From Amoebidium appalachense (Eukaryota > Protista > Ichthyosporea): DNA of 64,000 nucleotides. Below the pieces are notes generated by a model. That model was not told where the DNA came from. It searched no databases and was given only the letters and a program-made list of their open reading frames with translations. Within the stretch, counting starts at the first letter, position 1. Every line of letters begins with the position of its first letter. The translations under genes were made by a program, and so were the position numbers. Positions 60,174 to 64,000 of the stretch are shown one piece after another. Location: the NCBI GenBank assembly GCA_963693365.1, contig CAVNZM010000010.1, positions 6,449,794 through 6,513,793 of the forward strand, written 5' to 3'.

Positions 60174-63063
60174 ACCCTCCAAAAAAAAAACACACTCTCT
60201 CTCTCTCCCGGCACACACACACCTACAGCTTGCACCGTGCATGATCGGAGACCGAGGCAAAAAGATCAAGGTTAGCCTCCTGATCAAACGGGACAACCGC
60301 CGCAAACATAACTCCCACCAATGGTTTTTCCAATCGTTTTGCGATGCCTACAAGTGCGATTACGCATTCGCGACCGATTGCGGCACGGCGTACGATTCTC
60401 GCTGTGTATATTCTCTGGTGAAATATATGGATGAACATACAGAGTGTGCGGGTGTGACGGGGCGGCAGAGGGTCATGTCACGTGACATGCAGAGCTGCCA
60501 GGGCGAGGGCCCATTGGCTAGAATGTACCGCGCCGTCCAGTCGTTTGACTACGAGGCATCCATTTCTGCATTCCAGGTACATATGGGAAAATGGAGAGGT
60601 TAAGGGAGCCCCTAAGGTGTGCAAGTGCAGGGTTGATTAGACTGGAAGCTGCCTGTTTGTGCGTGCAAATTTGGCGAAATGATGGTGGAAACACGGGCAT
60701 GTGGAGATGGAGGAGAAAGGGGGAGATGGGAGGGTTAGGACACAAAAAAAAGAAGCAGGAATCTGATTACTGAAAGAGGGAGCAAGAAATAGAGGTGGCT
60801 TTTTTTTTTTTTTTTTCCCCCCTACCCCAATCCCTGCCCCCCTCCCCCCCCCCCCCTTTCCCCCCTTCTTCCCCCCCCCCCCCCCCCCCCCCCCGGGAAA
60901 AAAAAAACCTAAAGTGCCTCAGACTATGAGGAGATTAGAGGGGAAAACGAGATAAATAGCCGGAAAGAAGAAGGAAATACCTTCACACAGAGCAAACTTG
61001 GTCGCCCACACAATCAACCCTGCACAAGGACAACACAAGCATGCATCTCCCCACACCCTTTTCACATTCTCCTTCACGTAATCCTGACCCATTTCTCTCC
61101 CGCTTTACAGGGCGGCTTTGCTCTTCTTGGTATGCTACCCGTCCTCCCAGGCCCGTGTGGGCTCTACCGTATGACTGATATAAGAGGCCGGTGTCTAGAT
61201 TATTACTTCCAAACGGTCAACCACAACCCAGATACCTCCGGCATGCTCAAAGGAAACCTTCTACTTGCCGAAGACAGAGTTTTAAGCTACGCAGCATCGC
61301 TCATGACGGGGAAATTCACTGCGTGGGTGCCCCACGCGACATTTTTCTTTGAGGCGGAGACAGACACGGACAAGTTTATTGCACAGAGGCGCAGGTGGAC
61401 AAACGGGGCATATGCGGGATATGTTTACCTGCTGTTCCAGGTGAGGGGGTGCTGAGTGGATGAAGTGCAGTTTTTTTTTTTTTTTTTTTTTTTTTTTCCT
61501 GGGGCGGCGGGGGGGGGGGGGGGGGGAGGGGGGGGGGGAAGGGGGGGATACGGCAGTGGTTGGGGGTAATTTAAGGGGAGGGAAAAGGGGTGGAGGGGCC
61601 GGGGGGAGGGGGGGGTAAGGCATAAGAGGAGGGATCAGCCCGTGGTGAGATGACGATGGGAGAAGCAGGCAGATGGGTCGAGTGATAAGAAGGGATGGGG
61701 TAGGAAGAACTGGGGCCGGTTCGATTCAGTGCGCGCAAGATATGAAGTTGAAGAGTGGGGTTAGGCGGGGAATGGAAGGGGGGAGGGGGGTTTGGGGGGA
61801 TCGGGGAAGGGAGGAGGGGGACGGGGGAAGGGGGGGATGTCGGGTGATTGAGTCGCTGCGGGCACATTAGATGGCCTAAAACATTGGGTTGGGTTGAATT
61901 CAAGTGTTTGGGAAAAAGAGGGAGGGGGGGGGGGGGGGGGGGGGGGATGCTAGTGTTGTGTGGTGAGGGCCGGGGGCCACCCGGAGAGGGGGGAGGCGGG
62001 GGGAGGGGGGGGGGGGGGGGGGTATATGAGTGAGTGATGTTTATTGGGAGAGATGTGGTATGCATGCATAATACCCTGTACACCAGTCATGACGGGGGAA
62101 CATTTTCAGAATCCGGGGCTGATCTGGAACTCCAAGCACACATTCCACTTCAAGCTGGGCGTGACCTTCCTCCAATGGCTGCAGCTCATGCTATACACCC
62201 TCGTGACCCTCTCCCCGTGTCTCTTTGCTACATCCTTCTATTTCGGGATAGATCTGCTGCTTAAAGAACTACGCGGAACCTACCACCTACATTATCCGGC
62301 CCACCTTGTCGACTACATGTTTGCGGCCTACGCAGGGCTCTACCTCCTATTCGTCCTTGGTCACATGACCGTGAAATTCTCAGGAATGCTCTACTATCCC
62401 GCCCTGTTTATCAACGCAGGGTGCATAGGGGTGGTTGCGTACGAAGCCATGCGCATGCTGATCGTGCACATTGGCGATTTCGGCTGGTCTGCGCTATGGA
62501 GTTCCGATCTTCTCACGTTTGTGATCGTCATTATGATGGGCCTACCGTTCGTTTTGGCGCTTTTCAACTCAGTCAAATCATTTTTGTACATGTGTATCAC
62601 TTTCCCCGCCTATTTCCTCTTCCTACCTACGTTCGTGGGGTGGTTCGGCGCGTACGCTTTCTCGCGTACTTGGGATCTCACGTGGGGTAATCGTCCTTCG
62701 GATCGGCTCGTTTCACACGCAGGTGCGGTGAGCGGAAAGAGCGTGAGCGAATCGCGATCGTCAATTAGGTGCAAAGGTGTTTTTATTGGCCTATTTCTGG
62801 CCGTTCTGAACATCGGAATTGGATTCCTTCTTACGCACCTCAAGTGGTTTGTGTCGGAAAAAACCATCAACTATGTGTGGCTGGGGTTGGCTTTGTTTAT
62901 GATTTCATTTTCCGTTGCAAACATGCTCTTCAGTTTCATTTTCTATGTTTTCTACACCCCTGTGTACTTTCTTAAAGAAAGTTGGAAGTTTGTTCGTGGG
63001 ACATTGTGCTGCTACAGGAAGGAGGAGAAGGATGGAACGGAATCGGAGGCAGCCATGCTTTAA
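57133..63063 (+). CDS. CHS: Chitin synthase (GT2), 5 exons, proline-rich N-terminus, C-terminal transmembrane region
   Basis: Exons 57133-57505, 58216-58691, 60229-60576, 61111-61440 and 62110-63063. Motifs: VMDG, KRDNRRKHNSHQWFF, TDCGT, VLPGPCGLYR, LAEDRVL, QRRRW, multiple hydrophobic helices, WDLTWGNR. Confidence 0.93.
58805..59413 (+). mobile_element. Interspersed non-coding element, copy 2 (probably 5'-truncated), in chitin synthase intron 2
   Basis: Same 593 bp as 46744-47336; directly preceded by C28 (58777-58804) and followed by C16. Confidence 0.8.
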
Positions 63064-63453
63064 CTAACAGTTGGTGTGAATGGGCTTCCTTTATGGACTT
63101 CCTTTATGGGCTTCCTTCCGTCGCCTCAAAGTTTAGGGTTGTTATCGGTTTTTTTATGGCTCCGTTTCATTTTCCCTATGGTTCTAATCTTTTGTAGTTT
63201 GGTTGCATATGTGTGGGTGGTGGTGGTTGGTGTTGGGGCCTGTTTCAAAATATGATGGTCATGTGTGCAAGTAGGTTGTTGTTGCCAATTCTTGCTTGCT
63301 TCATAGAGGAAGTGGTTGGTTTTCTTATGAAATGAAATGCTGCATATTGCTTTGTGGTACGGAATGTATGCAAATTAAAATGCCTGCCCCTGATATTTTA
63401 TTTCCCCTTGTTATTCTCTTTGGTGGTATTTTTCCAGGCCCAGCTGCGTGTTT

Positions 63454-63504
<51 letters not shown>

Positions 63505-63901
63505 ACGGTGATGAATGTCTATTGGTTTCTCTCTGTAAGAACCCAAAACCAACAGTTAGAAAACAGCAAGGAAAGATTATTGCACTACTTTCCGAAAATG
63601 ACACGGTTTGAGAATTAACTTATGTTACTGTTAGTTATGAGGACTGGTTTTTGAAACCAGAACTAAACTGTTAGATTTCCTGTCTGTGGCAGGTTTTATG
63701 TTATTGCTATTGAATACAAGATGTGTAATAAAGCTGAAACTACAACAAAGACCTCATCAACACCCATAACCGTTACATGCACATGTGGTGCCGAAGTGCA
63801 TGAGTCACACCTCAGAGTCAGATATGTACATGCTTCATGGATGAGTATACTGTCAGTCATGTCTTGCACGTGCGCGCGTGTGTGGGCGCCGTTAAGTGCG
63901 C

Positions 63902-63939
<38 letters not shown>

Positions 63940-64000
63940 CTCACGTGCGTGTGTGTTACCGTTTGTTTGTGTATATGCACGTGTGTGTGTGTCACTGTGT

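Overview
Eukaryotic, intron-rich genomic DNA. Introns are GT-AG, often carry a CTRAY-type branch point, and are packed with poly-C/poly-G, poly-A/T and (CA)n/(CT)n tracts. Gene content and architecture suggest a chitin-walled unicellular opisthokont such as an ichthyosporean or early-diverging fungus; this is inference only. Hand-splicing supports six host genes: a cupin running off the left edge (-), an N-formylglutamate-amidohydrolase-like Zn hydrolase (+), a ~26-exon RasGEF with REM and CDC25 domains (+), methionine synthase reductase MTRR (+), peptidyl-tRNA hydrolase PTRH1 (-) and a chitin synthase (+). A 7.2-kb intergenic cluster (29.6-36.8 kb) holds four unrelated non-autonomous transposons: a Copia-type TRIM with a half-tRNAiMet PBS and a 13-bp VNTR inside its LTRs, a hAT MITE, an ACT-TSD MITE, and a TTAA-flanked Kolobok-like element carrying a Zn-finger ORF and a 180-bp tandem array. 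The most unusual signal is a 593-bp structured, non-coding element present as two apparently identical intronic copies ending in poly(C), with older diverged relatives in other introns. This suggests a retroposon family that is poly(C)-tailed or targets poly(C). Most ORFs in the supplied track are low-complexity artefacts. Exon coordinates were read by eye (about +/-2 nt).
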